From: Myxococcota bacterium
GTDB taxonomy: Bacteria; Myxococcota_A; UBA9160; UBA6930
Assembly (NCBI GenBank): GCA_965223705.1
Contig: OZ245015.1
Coordinates: 4,352,001-4,416,000 of the forward strand
Reading direction: 5' to 3'
DNA: 64,000 nucleotides
In this document: positions 1-10,032 of the stretch, piece after piece
How the letters are laid out: every line of letters starts with the position of its first letter
Position numbering within the stretch: position 1 is the first letter of the stretch
Made by a program: the position numbers and the translations under genes
The notes under the pieces: generated by a model
What the model was told of the DNA's origin: nothing
Database searches by the model: none
Seen by the model: the letters and a program-made list of their open reading frames with translations, nothing else

Positions 1-1057
1 ATTGGGTGGCGACGAGTTCACCGTGTTTCTTCCGAACGTCACGCGCCGAGGCGACGTCGAACGCATTGCAAAGCGCCTGCTGCAATCGCTCGGGCGCCCC
101 ATCGAAATCGATCACCGCGAGGTCCTCGTCACCGTGAGCATCGGAATCGCGATGTTCCCATCGCACGCCGAAGACGCGGAGACCCTCCTGCAACACGCCG
201 ATAGCGCGATGTACTTCGCGAAGGACCGCGGGCGCAACAACTACCAGTTCTACGACGACTCCATGGGAACCGAAGCGCTTCGGGGCCTGCTCCTCGAGTC
301 GAATTTGCGGCGCGCCCTTCCGGAAGGCGCGCTCTCGGTGGCGTATCAGCCCCGGATCCGCGTGAGCGACGGAACCGTGTGCGGAGCCGAAGCGCTCATG
401 CGGTGGAACGACAGCGAGCTCGGGAAAATCGCCGCGAGCGAGTTTATTCCCGTCGCCGAAGAGTCCGGGCTGATCGTGCCGCTCGGCAGTTGGATCTTCG
501 AAACGGTCTGCGAGGAGAAGAGTCGGCTCAATGCCGACGGTGCACCGCCGATCCCGCTATCGGTGAACGTCTCTCCTGCCCAGTTCGTGCGAGACGACGT
601 CGAGTCGATGGTCACCCACGGTCTCCGGCATCACAACATCGAGCCCTCCCAGATCGAAATCGAGATCACCGAGAGCCTCCTCATGCAGCAGGATCAGAGC
701 GTCGCGAACGCACTTCACACCCTGCGATCGATCGGAGTCCGGATCGCGCTCGACGATTTCGGCACGGGCTACTCCTCGCTTTCCTACCTGACGCAGTTTC
801 CGATCGACACGCTCAAGATCGACCGTTGCCTCGTCCGCGATGTCCACAGCGACCCCAATTCTCGCGGCATCCTTCGAGCGCTCATCGAGATGGGACACAG
901 CCTCGGTATGGTGGTCGTAGCCGAAGGCGTCGACTGTATGGAGCAGTACGAGATCTTGAAGAAACTCGGGTGCGATGAGGCCCAGGGGTTTCTGTTTAGC
1001 CAAGCCGTTCCGATCAACGACTTCAGACACCTGCTGCACCACCGCTTCGACGACTAG
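1..1057 (+). CDS. GGDEF-EAL diguanylate cyclase/phosphodiesterase (5' end outside window)
   Basis: LGGDEF at the window edge, ADSAMY..K..GRN, AYQP, GAEALMRW, DDFGTGYSSL, LKID, AEGV. Confidence 0.95.
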   Translation, partial: LGGDEFTVFLPNVTRRGDVERIAKRLLQSLGRPIEIDHREVLVTVSIGIAMFPSHAEDAETLLQHADSAMYFAKDRGRNNYQFYDDSMGTEALRGLLLESNLRRALPEGALSVAYQPRIRVSDGTVCGAEALMRWNDSELGKIAASEFIPVAEESGLIVPLGSWIFETVCEEKSRLNADGAPPIPLSVNVSPAQFVRDDVESMVTHGLRHHNIEPSQIEIEITESLLMQQDQSVANALHTLRSIGVRIALDDFGTGYSSLSYLTQFPIDTLKIDRCLVRDVHSDPNSRGILRALIEMGHSLGMVVVAEGVDCMEQYEILKKLGCDEAQGFLFSQAVPINDFRHLLHHRFDD

Positions 1058-1887
1058 CTGCTGACGATCGGAGACAATCGATCGAGCTGTTGCGTATCCG
1101 CATCGATGCGGAATTGCCAATCGCTGGCGCCGTCGATCGGCGTATCGGTGCGACAGCGCACGACCGCGGCGATGCGTTTGACGGAAAACGGCGGGACGTA
1201 ACCGAGACGCAGTTCGATGAACCGGAAGCCGTCGGGCGGCGCGAGCGTGGCGCACTTGGTGCCGTCCCGGGAATACACCTCGAGCCTCGCCTCGCAGGTT
1301 TCCTCGGTCAGCAACACCGCCAACGTTCCGGTAGATGGGCAAACCTGGGTTTGCTCGACGGGCCCGCCGCACAAGACGGGACGCCCACCCCAATGAACCA
1401 GGGGTTTGTCCGGCTCAAAGGACACCGCCTCCCGAGCCATGGCGACCCGGGGTGCACCATTCTCTTCGTCGGCAAAATCCGCGAGGATCTCCTGCACCCG
1501 CGACTCGACGAAATGGACGAGTTCGCGAGCGTCGGGGGGCGGTTCGACCCGCTCGTCCGTGGGTTCAGCGAATTCTGCCGGACGATCCGAGCGGGCGAAG
1601 AAGAGCAGACCGAGACCCAGCACGCCTCCGGTGAGGAGTGCGAGCGGCAGGGTTTTCTCTGCGACGGCGGGGGCGAAACGCGCCAGCATGCCCGCGGAGG
1701 CCCAAACGGCGCACAGAGCGAAGGCCACGATGGCGACCAGGGTCGTCCAGGGAACTGCGCCGGTCTCGCTGGCCTCTTGCCGCCGATCGACGTCCCCGAG
1801 GGCCCGGTCGCCAGGCGTCGTTTGAGCGTAGGTCGACGGGGCTCGATGGGACGCGAGTGGTCGTTGGCAGTGGGTGCAGCGGTCCAC
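1054..1887 (-). CDS. Hypothetical membrane protein (two TM helices, N-terminal CxxC, C-terminal beta-rich domain)
   Basis: Two hydrophobic segments; fills the gap between convergent and divergent genes; start uncertain. Confidence 0.55.
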   Translation of the reverse strand: MDRCTHCQRPLASHRAPSTYAQTTPGDRALGDVDRRQEASETGAVPWTTLVAIVAFALCAVWASAGMLARFAPAVAEKTLPLALLTGGVLGLGLLFFARSDRPAEFAEPTDERVEPPPDARELVHFVESRVQEILADFADEENGAPRVAMAREAVSFEPDKPLVHWGGRPVLCGGPVEQTQVCPSTGTLAVLLTEETCEARLEVYSRDGTKCATLAPPDGFRFIELRLGYVPPFSVKRIAAVVRCRTDTPIDGASDWQFRIDADTQQLDRLSPIVSS

Positions 1888-1979
1888 GTCTCTGGATTCC
1901 TTCGCGGATCACATCGGCGGGCCAGAAGATCGACGTTAGGCGTGTCGTGAGCGTTAGACTGAGGGGCAGCGGAGGACCC

Positions 1980-3209
1980 ATGACGAACCAGAGCCAGCCG
2001 AAGCGAATCCTCGAAGGTGTTCGCGTACTAGACATGACCCAGTATCTCGCGGGAGCCGGCGTCACCCGGATGATGGCGGAGCTGGGCGCGGACATCACGA
2101 AAGTCGAGATTGCGCCGGTCGGCGATCCGGGGCGGCTCCTGCCCGTCGTCAAGACCGAGCGCAGCGGCTTTTTCGTCCAACACAATCGCGGCAAGAACAG
2201 CTTGTGTCTCGACTGGAGCAAGCCCGAGGCCCTCGAAATCATTCGAGAGTTGGCGGCGGAGTCGGATATTTTCTGCGAGAACTTCGGGCGCGGCGACATC
2301 CTCGAACGGAGAGGCCTCGACTACGCGTCGCTCAAGGCGATCAAGCCCGATCTCATCTACCTCTCGGTTTCCGTCTTCGGCCGTAAGAGCCCCTGGTCGC
2401 AGAAACCCGGTTACGACTACGTCGCCCAAGCGGCGTCGGGGATCATGCACATGGCGGGCGAGCCCGACCGCCCGCCCGCCATGGTCTGGAGCGCGTTGGG
2501 TGACACCAACGCCGCCGTACACGGCTTCGGTTCCTTGGGCTACGCGTTGTTCCATCGCGAACGAACCGGCGAAGGACAGTACATCGATCTCGCGATGACG
2601 GATTGCCTGTTCCACTTCCACGAGGGCGCGCTCGAAGCACACCATCTGACGGACGGCCAGTTCGTCCCGAAACGATTCGGCGCGCACCACCAATTGGTGT
2701 TCCCGGCGGGCACGTTCAAGAGCCCCGACGGCTACATCGTGCTCCTCGCGCTCGACCTCCAATGGGAGAACGTGTGCAACTGCCTAGGGCGCCCGGACCT
2801 CATGACCGATCCGCGGAGCAAGACCATGGAAGCGCGCGCCGAGCACCGCTTTGAGTTGGTCGAGATCATCGAGTCGTGGATGGCGACTTTCGACAACGAC
2901 GAGGCGATCCTCGAGGAGCTCGAAAAGCATCGCGTTCCGGCGGCGCCGGTGCTTGCGCCGACCGACGCGTTGGACCATCCGCATTTCAAGGCTCGCGATA
3001 TGGTGCGCTGGGTGAAGGACCCGATCCTCGGTGAGATCCCGATCCCGGGGTTCCCGTGGAAGTTCAGTTCGCAGCCGACGCTACCGGACATCACGGCGCC
3101 CCTCCTCGGAGAACACAACGGGCAGGTCCTCCGTGACCGGCTGGGCTACGACGAGGCGAAGATCGCCTCTCTCGCCGACTCGGGCGTCCTGCACAGCAAA
3201 GACGCGTGA
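1980..3209 (+). CDS. Family III CoA-transferase (CaiB/BaiF)
   Basis: LEGVRVLDMTQYLAG, ELGADITKVE, NRGKNSLCLD, GYDYVAQAASG, APLLGEHN; GGAGG before ATG 1980. Confidence 0.95.
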   Translation: MTNQSQPKRILEGVRVLDMTQYLAGAGVTRMMAELGADITKVEIAPVGDPGRLLPVVKTERSGFFVQHNRGKNSLCLDWSKPEALEIIRELAAESDIFCENFGRGDILERRGLDYASLKAIKPDLIYLSVSVFGRKSPWSQKPGYDYVAQAASGIMHMAGEPDRPPAMVWSALGDTNAAVHGFGSLGYALFHRERTGEGQYIDLAMTDCLFHFHEGALEAHHLTDGQFVPKRFGAHHQLVFPAGTFKSPDGYIVLLALDLQWENVCNCLGRPDLMTDPRSKTMEARAEHRFELVEIIESWMATFDNDEAILEELEKHRVPAAPVLAPTDALDHPHFKARDMVRWVKDPILGEIPIPGFPWKFSSQPTLPDITAPLLGEHNGQVLRDRLGYDEAKIASLADSGVLHSKDA

Positions 3210-3239
3210 TTCGAGAGCACGCGACGTAACCGGCGGGCG

Positions 3240-3788
3240 ATGGAGCGAGCGGCGCCCGGCGGACTTCTCTTCCTCATCGTGTTCGGCGCCGCGGTTCAAG
3301 CCGACGGCAGCCCGAGTGGCGTCTTGCGCCGACGGGTCGCTGGAGCGGCGCGCGCGGGGGCAGTGAACCCCGACGCGCGCTTCATCGTCACCGGCGGCGT
3401 CGGTCGGCACGAGCCCGCGGAAGCCCTTGTCATGGCCGAGCTGCTCCGCACGAACGGCGTGCCCGACAACTGCATCCTGGTCGAACCCGAGAGCCGCGAC
3501 ACACTGGAATCCGCGATCCGCTGCGCCGACCTCGTCGCGCGACACTGGATCCCGGGGAGTCGGGTGCTGTCGTGTTCGAGCCCGTACCACAACGTTCGCT
3601 GCGCCGTGCTCTTGCGCGCACTCGGGATTCCGGCCGAGCGTGCGCCCATGCCGAGCGATCGGCCCCACGTGAGCGCCAGGAAACTCGCCTATCAGCTGTT
3701 ACGAGAATGCGCGGCGTTGCCCTGGGACGCAGCCCTCGTGTTCGGCATGCGGCTCGCCGGTCGCGCCCGGCGACACGATCTCCACTAG
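3240..3788 (+). CDS. YdcF/DUF218 (ElyC/SanA-like) family protein
   Basis: IVFGAAV, IVTGGVG, EALVM..LL..GVP..ILVE..SRDTLESA, S..YH..R. Confidence 0.8.
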   Translation: MERAAPGGLLFLIVFGAAVQADGSPSGVLRRRVAGAARAGAVNPDARFIVTGGVGRHEPAEALVMAELLRTNGVPDNCILVEPESRDTLESAIRCADLVARHWIPGSRVLSCSSPYHNVRCAVLLRALGIPAERAPMPSDRPHVSARKLAYQLLRECAALPWDAALVFGMRLAGRARRHDLH

Positions 3789-4876
3789 TCGAACGTGAGC
3801 ACCGTCCGAGTCACCTCGCCCGCCTCCATCGCTCGGAACGCTTCGCCTACGCGATCGAGGGGCTCGTGCCGCGTCACCATCGAATCGAGATCGAGACGAC
3901 CCTGGCGGTACAATTCGAGGTAGCGCGGCGCATCCATCGTGAACCGATTCGATCCCATCATGCACCCGATGATGCGCTTCTCGAGAAAGAAGTGCCCCGC
4001 GTTGACCGACACGTGCTCCCCCACCGGAATGGCACCGACGAGAATCGCCGTGCCGTGGGGAGCCAAGCAATAAAATGCCTGCTCGAGCAGCTTCGGCACG
4101 CCGACGGCTTCAAAGGCAAACTCGGCACCGCCACCCGTCATCTTCTTGATGAGCTTCACCGGATCGCCGGAAGACGGGTTGATCGTATCCGTCGCCCCGA
4201 ACTTCTTCGCGCTCTCGAGTTTCTCGTCGAGAAGATCGACCGCGATGATCTGCCTCGCACCGGCGATCTTGGCGCCCTGGATGACGGAGATCCCGACGCC
4301 GCCCGCACCGAATACGACGACCGAAGAGCCGGGGGTCACCTTCGCAGTATTGAGCGCCGCACCCACACCGGTGGTGACGGCACAACCGACGAGCGCCGCC
4401 CGATCGAGCGGAATGTCTTTGTCGATCTTCACCACCGCGCGGTTGTGCAACAACATCGCTTCGGAGAACGCCGCGAGATCCGCGAACTGGTGAATCGTCT
4501 CGTCACCCTGGCGGATGCGGGGCGTGTCGCCCTCTCCGCGTTGGCAAGCGCCGCGATCGATGCACAAGTGGGGACGCCCCTGGACGCACTGCGTGCAGCC
4601 GCCGCAGAAGAGCGAGGTGCACGCGATCACGTGGTCGCCAGGGGCGACGTTGCGCACGCGCTCGCCGACCGCCTGCACGACGCCCGCGGGCTCGTGGCCG
4701 AAGATCGCGGGACGCGGGGACGGGATCGCTCCGTGTAAGGCGTGAAGATCGCTATGACACACGCCGCAGGCGGCGGTCTTGACCAACACCTCGTCGGGAC
4801 CGGGCTCCGCGAGCTCGACGTCTTCGATGGTTAGGGGTTGGTGTTTTTCGCGATAGACCGCGGCCTTGACCTGCAT
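3785..4876 (-). CDS. Zn-dependent alcohol dehydrogenase (class III-like MDR)
   Basis: GVCHSD, GHEPAG, CxxCxxC..C structural Zn site, GCAVTTG, GAGGVG. Confidence 0.95.
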   Translation of the reverse strand: MQVKAAVYREKHQPLTIEDVELAEPGPDEVLVKTAACGVCHSDLHALHGAIPSPRPAIFGHEPAGVVQAVGERVRNVAPGDHVIACTSLFCGGCTQCVQGRPHLCIDRGACQRGEGDTPRIRQGDETIHQFADLAAFSEAMLLHNRAVVKIDKDIPLDRAALVGCAVTTGVGAALNTAKVTPGSSVVVFGAGGVGISVIQGAKIAGARQIIAVDLLDEKLESAKKFGATDTINPSSGDPVKLIKKMTGGGAEFAFEAVGVPKLLEQAFYCLAPHGTAILVGAIPVGEHVSVNAGHFFLEKRIIGCMMGSNRFTMDAPRYLELYRQGRLDLDSMVTRHEPLDRVGEAFRAMEAGEVTRTVLTFD

Positions 4877-4983
4877 GGTGCCTCCAACCGCCGACGGGGC
4901 GGCCTTCGTATTCTACGCCGCCGGAAGCCGCGACGGCTAGAGGCACCCGAAAAAGATGGGGGGCCGAGGAGCCTTGATCGGCG

Positions 4984-5241
4984 TCAGTTGCCCGCTTTGA
5001 TCGCGTTGCCCTGCTTGTCTTTGAAGTTGCCGATCGCGATCATGATGAAATCCACCATCGCCCAGATACCGAGACCGCCGAAGGTCAAGAGCTGAAGCAG
5101 CCCCGTCCCGATCTTTCCGACGTAGAATCGGTGAATGCCGAAAGCGCCCAAGAAAAAGCACAGCAGCAGCGCGGGAACGAAACCCTTCTCGCTGACTCCC
5201 ATCTCCATTGTCGAATCAGCCGTCGTCACACTTGCACTCAT
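4984..5241 (-). CDS. TM2 domain membrane protein
   Basis: LLCFFLGAFGIHRFYVGKIGTG..LLTFGGLGIW..VD. Confidence 0.9.
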   Translation of the reverse strand: MSASVTTADSTMEMGVSEKGFVPALLLCFFLGAFGIHRFYVGKIGTGLLQLLTFGGLGIWAMVDFIMIAIGNFKDKQGNAIKAGN

Positions 5242-5585
5242 GCGTTTTCACTCCTCATCGTGGGGGAAGGGGCGGCGCGCAAACGCTGTCCCGGGTAAGC
5301 GACCAGGCGCCCCTGGCCATCTCGAAAGCTTCCGGTCAGCAGCTCGTAGGTCACCCACAGCGCGTGGATGCCGTCGATCGCGAGAAACGTCGCTCCGAGG
5401 ATCGTCTCCCCGACGGCGAAGCACCCGATCCAACCGATCGTGAGACCGAGATCGAGCAACCCCAGTCCGTAACGCCCCAGGTAGAAATGCTGGGCGCCGC
5501 AGAAACCGAACAGCGCGGAAATGATCACCGCAGTTCCGTAGTTCTTCGGCGAAATTCTGGGATCTCGGTCGCGAACCGCTTCCAT
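5238..5585 (-). CDS. TM2/NINE domain membrane protein (second, divergent copy)
   Basis: SPKNYGTA...FGFCGAQHFYLGR; ATGA overlap with the downstream TM2 gene. Confidence 0.8.
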   Translation of the reverse strand: MEAVRDRDPRISPKNYGTAVIISALFGFCGAQHFYLGRYGLGLLDLGLTIGWIGCFAVGETILGATFLAIDGIHALWVTYELLTGSFRDGQGRLVAYPGQRLRAAPSPTMRSENA

Positions 5586-5753
5586 AGTGAATGGCTTATC
5601 GACCCGTGCGTCGCCGCGGCTGAACTCGAAATGAAATGCTGATTTGCAACCTGCCTACGGTGTGCGGGTCACCTTCCGGCCCGTGCCCACAAACTGCGCC
5701 CCGGGCTCACACGGCTGTGGATTCGTACCTGGCCGAAGGCCTAAGCTCCCAGG

Positions 5754-8342
5754 ATGCCCGGGCCCTCGCGAAAGCCCTCGCGAAAGTTATGGAAGGGCTT
5801 AGGCCTCCTCCTCGCGATTCTCGTTTTAGGGTTTCTCGCCGCGATTCCCCTGGTCGTCCGGCACTACGCTTCCGCCGAGTATGTCGAAGGCCGTCTCTCC
5901 GACCTGTTGGGTCGCCAGGTGACCGTTGCGCGTGTGGGCCTGAGCTTCCGACCGGACTTGCGGGTGCGTGCCCAAGGCATCGTGCTCGAGCCCGACTTAC
6001 ACGTGCGCGCCGTCGAACTCGCCCTGAAACCTGTTCCGCTCCTTTCCGGACGCTTGGAAGCGCGCCGCGTGATCTTCGAAGGCGTGCGCGCGGAGCTTCC
6101 CCTCGACGACGGAACGGACCGCCCCGAGGTGCAGCTTCGAGCCTGGCGGCTCACCCCGCTGTTCGAGTTGCCCGCTCTTTCGTTCGAGGACAGCGAGTTC
6201 ACGCTTGCGAGCACAGAACGCCCGAACGTCATGATTCATTTCGACGTTCTGTCCCTCGACCCCGTACGGCCGAATCTTCCCGCCGGCTTGAGCGCACGCG
6301 GTGAATTGCGAACCTCCGATTCCGCGAGCCCGTTTGAGGTCGAAGCACAGCTCGACTCGATCGGCGCGGAAGAGCCGCTGGGTTCGCAGCGCGGGGCTTT
6401 CTCCCTTGCGCTGCGAAACTTTCATGCGACGGAGCTGAAAGCACATTTTGCCGACGTTCTCGGTCGCGATTGGCGGGCGGATCCAATCGATCTCAGTGTC
6501 GAGGGCCGCTACGAAAACGGTTCGCTGCCCGATACGGAACTGTCGCTTCGACTCGCTAAAGGATCGATCCGCAGCGGTGCGGCGCGGATCGATGGGCCGG
6601 GTACTCTTCGCGCGACGGTCTCCTGGGACGGCGCCGAGGCGAAGTTTCGGGACGTCGTGCTGCAGACTGCCGGAGTGCGCTTCCGCGATCACCGCTTTCG
6701 ATCGGTGCGAACTCGAATCGATTGGGACGGCACTTGGCTCGACATCGGCAATTTTTCCGCCGACGCCTACGTCGGGAGCCTCGGCCTCACCGGCTCGGAC
6801 TACCGCATCGGACGCTGGGCGCGTCCCCTAAAGCTCGAGGTCAAGAACGTCGACGCGCTCGAGATGGACGGCCGCATCCGTTTTTCGCAGGCGACGGAAA
6901 AAGGCGGCATCCCGAGCGTCGAAGAAGCGGACGTGCGAGGGCTCACTCTTCGCGACGTTCGCGGAGAACTCGATGCCGGGAGCGGCGCGCTGCTGCCCGC
7001 GCGAGTCGATCGCGTTACCTGGGAATCGCCCGCAGAAGGCGAAAAACGCGTTCTACAGCTCGAGGGCTCCGTCGACGACGGCAACCTCCGTTTCGATGCT
7101 CGGGTCGAAGCGGCCGGCCCGGGCCAAGAGCCCGTCTACGACGTCGTCCTCGACGTCGACGCAATGGACCCGAGCCGCGTTCGCCTGGTCTGGGAGGACT
7201 TCGTCGACGCGGGAGTCGTCGAGACGCGTGTCGCCGGGAAGATCCACATCTTCGAATCACCCGCGGACGGCTTTGTATGCGACATCGACCTCCGACAACA
7301 CGACGGCATCACCGAGGTCTTTGGGATCCGGCTCGAGGAAGCGGCCCGTTTTTCCGGTCGTCTCGTGAAGCGACGAGACGGCCCCATGGAACTCACGGAC
7401 GCCAAAGCGCGCTCCGAGCGCGTTCACTTCGAAGGGTACGAAGGAGACGAGGCCAGTGCGGCCTTTCGATGGGACCCGTCGGGTTTGACCTTCGACCGGT
7501 TGACGTTCAAGGCCTACGGGGGCGCGTGGGATCTCGCCGGTACGACGACCCTCGACGCGTCGCCGCACATTCGAGCGACCGGCTTTTTTGAAGATGTTCG
7601 CATCGAAGCACTGCGGGCGTCCGACGGCGCGGGCGGCTCTGCGATGCGGTTGGGCGCGCGCGGCGACATCGAGTTGGTGTGGCACCCGAAACAGCGCACG
7701 TTCGAAACCCTCTCCGGTCGCGGAGACGTAACGGTTGCCGACGGCGCAACGCCGGGGCAGAAACTCCTGGCCGCGGTCGCCGGCGGTCTTTTGAAAGCGC
7801 TACCGGTCGTGGGCCGCGCGAGAACAATGGTGGACCCGGAAACAGAGAATCCCATCCATCACGGACGCGGTTCGTACGAGGTGCGGAACGGGCGCCTCCA
7901 GTTTGACGCCGTCGAGCTCGCCACCGGCGACTACGATCTCGTAGGCACGGGCTCCCTCGCACCGAGCGGCGATCTGGAATTCCGGGGCGATCTGACACTG
8001 ACGCGCGCCGGGGTCAGCAAGACCACACAACGGCTGACGGCGCCGGTCCCGTTCAAAGAGGCTTTTCGGTTGCCGGCCGTACCCGTCCAGCTCGAGGGAT
8101 CGCTCTACGATTGGGACTCGATTCGCGCGCGAGCGGATATGAAAGCGGTCCCGGTGGCGACCTTGCGCGGCATTGTCGGCCTACCGGCGCGCGCCGGTTC
8201 GATCGTCCGAGACGCGGGAAAAGCCGCGCGACGCATGGGAGAAGCTGCCGCAGGCGTCGTCACAGGGGGCGGAGCTGCCCCCGAGGGCAACCCCAAAACG
8301 GAAGAGCCCGCTTCGGGTGATCCCGAGGCAGACAAGCAGTAG
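5754..8342 (+). CDS. AsmA-like protein
   Basis: Single N-terminal TM anchor, long beta-rich body, YGG motif, AsmA-like C-terminus (GSL...PVQLEGSL). Confidence 0.75.
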   Translation: MPGPSRKPSRKLWKGLGLLLAILVLGFLAAIPLVVRHYASAEYVEGRLSDLLGRQVTVARVGLSFRPDLRVRAQGIVLEPDLHVRAVELALKPVPLLSGRLEARRVIFEGVRAELPLDDGTDRPEVQLRAWRLTPLFELPALSFEDSEFTLASTERPNVMIHFDVLSLDPVRPNLPAGLSARGELRTSDSASPFEVEAQLDSIGAEEPLGSQRGAFSLALRNFHATELKAHFADVLGRDWRADPIDLSVEGRYENGSLPDTELSLRLAKGSIRSGAARIDGPGTLRATVSWDGAEAKFRDVVLQTAGVRFRDHRFRSVRTRIDWDGTWLDIGNFSADAYVGSLGLTGSDYRIGRWARPLKLEVKNVDALEMDGRIRFSQATEKGGIPSVEEADVRGLTLRDVRGELDAGSGALLPARVDRVTWESPAEGEKRVLQLEGSVDDGNLRFDARVEAAGPGQEPVYDVVLDVDAMDPSRVRLVWEDFVDAGVVETRVAGKIHIFESPADGFVCDIDLRQHDGITEVFGIRLEEAARFSGRLVKRRDGPMELTDAKARSERVHFEGYEGDEASAAFRWDPSGLTFDRLTFKAYGGAWDLAGTTTLDASPHIRATGFFEDVRIEALRASDGAGGSAMRLGARGDIELVWHPKQRTFETLSGRGDVTVADGATPGQKLLAAVAGGLLKALPVVGRARTMVDPETENPIHHGRGSYEVRNGRLQFDAVELATGDYDLVGTGSLAPSGDLEFRGDLTLTRAGVSKTTQRLTAPVPFKEAFRLPAVPVQLEGSLYDWDSIRARADMKAVPVATLRGIVGLPARAGSIVRDAGKAARRMGEAAAGVVTGGGAAPEGNPKTEEPASGDPEADKQ

Positions 8343-8406
8343 GATAATGGGCGGAGGCATGCGGAAGGGCGGGATCCCCACTCGCGCCGATTCGCGGAGA
8401 ACCCTC

Positions 8407-8814
8407 ATGAAAGCTGTTGCGAGCACCCTTGCTGTCCTTCTCCTCACGGCGATCGCCACCCCGACCTGGGCAGGCGGGTACCGACACCACTGGGGCCACC
8501 ACCATCATCATCGCCACCACTACCACGACTACGGCGCGGTCCTGGGCGCCGTCGGCGCGGGCATCCTCATCTACACGATGGGCCGGATTCACGGAAACCA
8601 CGCCCGCGATCGGAGTGAGGCGAGCGTCTCTCCCGTCGCTTACCCCGCGGACGGCCAGAGCCTGCACGAGCAAGATCGAGATCGTTACGAATGCCACCGA
8701 TGGGCCGTCGACGAGTCCGGGTTCGACCCGACGCGGAGCCGGCGCGGCGACGCCGACACGTACCACCGGGCAATGACGGCCTGCCTCGAAGCACGCGGCT
8801 ACGTCGTACGCTGA
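8407..8814 (+). CDS. Secreted His-rich glycine-zipper protein with C-terminal DRYECHRWA...RAMTACLEARGY domain
   Basis: Signal peptide, HHWGHHHHHRHHYH tract, GAVLGAVGAG, two-Cys C-terminal motif. Confidence 0.75.
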   Translation: MKAVASTLAVLLLTAIATPTWAGGYRHHWGHHHHHRHHYHDYGAVLGAVGAGILIYTMGRIHGNHARDRSEASVSPVAYPADGQSLHEQDRDRYECHRWAVDESGFDPTRSRRGDADTYHRAMTACLEARGYVVR

Positions 8815-8871
8815 CGAAAAAAGGGCCGAGGTATAGTTCCTCCACCGTTCGGTGAAGGAGAAGCGGCCCTC

Positions 8872-10032
8872 ATGCTTTTTGACCTGACCGATGAGCAACA
8901 GCTCATCATCGATACCGTTCGCAAGTTCGTGGATGAGGAGGTCGCTCCGGTAGCCAGCGACCTCGACCACAAGGACGAGTATCCCCACGCACTCGTCGAT
9001 CGGGTCAAAGAACTCGGCCTGTTCGGGACGACCATTCCCGAGGAATACGGCGGGATCGGCCTCAACTACCTGACCTACGCCATGATTTGCGAGGAGCTCG
9101 CTCGCGGCTGGATCTCCATGCCGGGCTTGATCAACTCGCACCTCATGATGGCCTACATCGTTCGCATGTTCGGAACCGAAGCACAGAAGCGCCACTGGCT
9201 GCCGCGGTTCGCGAGCGGCGAAGCGCGTGGCGGACTCGCTCTATCGGAATCCGACGCGGGGACCGATGTGCAGGCGATTCGCACGACGGCGCGCCGCGAC
9301 GGCGACGAGTACGTGATCAACGGCTCCAAGATGTGGATCACGAATGCCCGCTACGGCAACTCATTCGCTCTGTTGGCGAAGACCGACACGACCGCCGAAA
9401 AGGCCTATCAGGGCATGAGCATGTTCATCATCGAGAAAGGTGGGCCGGGCTTTACCGTGAGCCGCGATATTCCGAAGCTCGGCTACAAGGGCATCAAGAC
9501 GTGCGAGCTCACGTTCGAAGACTTTCGCGTGCCGGCCGCGAACCTGGTCGGCGAGAAGGAAGGTGCCGGCTTCAAGTACGTGATGAGCGCCCTCGAAACC
9601 GGTCGCATCAACGTCGCTGCGCGCGGCGTCGGAGTCGTTCGCGCGTGCTTCGAAGCGTCGATCCGCTACGCGCAACACCGCAAGACCTTTGGCAAACCCA
9701 TCGGCGAGCATCAGCTGATCCAGGAAAAGTTGGCCGACATGGCGACGAACCTCGAAGCCGCCAGACTCCTCACGTACAGCGCCGCCCGCGCCAAGGATCA
9801 GGGCGCGCGGGTGGACCTCGAAGCCGGCATGGCGAAGCTCTTCGCGAGTGAGGCGGCGATGAGCGCCGCACTCGAAGCGATGCGATTGCACGGCGGCGTC
9901 GGGTATACGCTCGAGTTTCCCATCGAGCGCTATTTCCGAGACGCTCCGCTCCTCATCATCGGAGAGGGCACGAACGAGATCCAAAAAACCGTGATCGCGC
10001 GCCAGCTCCTCAAGAAGCACGCCGTATCGTGA
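8872..10032 (+). CDS. Acyl-CoA dehydrogenase
   Basis: ALSESDAGTD, INGSKMWITN, LETGR, RKTFGKPI, AGMAKLFASE, HGGVGY, IGEGTNEIQ. Confidence 0.97.
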   Translation: MLFDLTDEQQLIIDTVRKFVDEEVAPVASDLDHKDEYPHALVDRVKELGLFGTTIPEEYGGIGLNYLTYAMICEELARGWISMPGLINSHLMMAYIVRMFGTEAQKRHWLPRFASGEARGGLALSESDAGTDVQAIRTTARRDGDEYVINGSKMWITNARYGNSFALLAKTDTTAEKAYQGMSMFIIEKGGPGFTVSRDIPKLGYKGIKTCELTFEDFRVPAANLVGEKEGAGFKYVMSALETGRINVAARGVGVVRACFEASIRYAQHRKTFGKPIGEHQLIQEKLADMATNLEAARLLTYSAARAKDQGARVDLEAGMAKLFASEAAMSAALEAMRLHGGVGYTLEFPIERYFRDAPLLIIGEGTNEIQKTVIARQLLKKHAVS

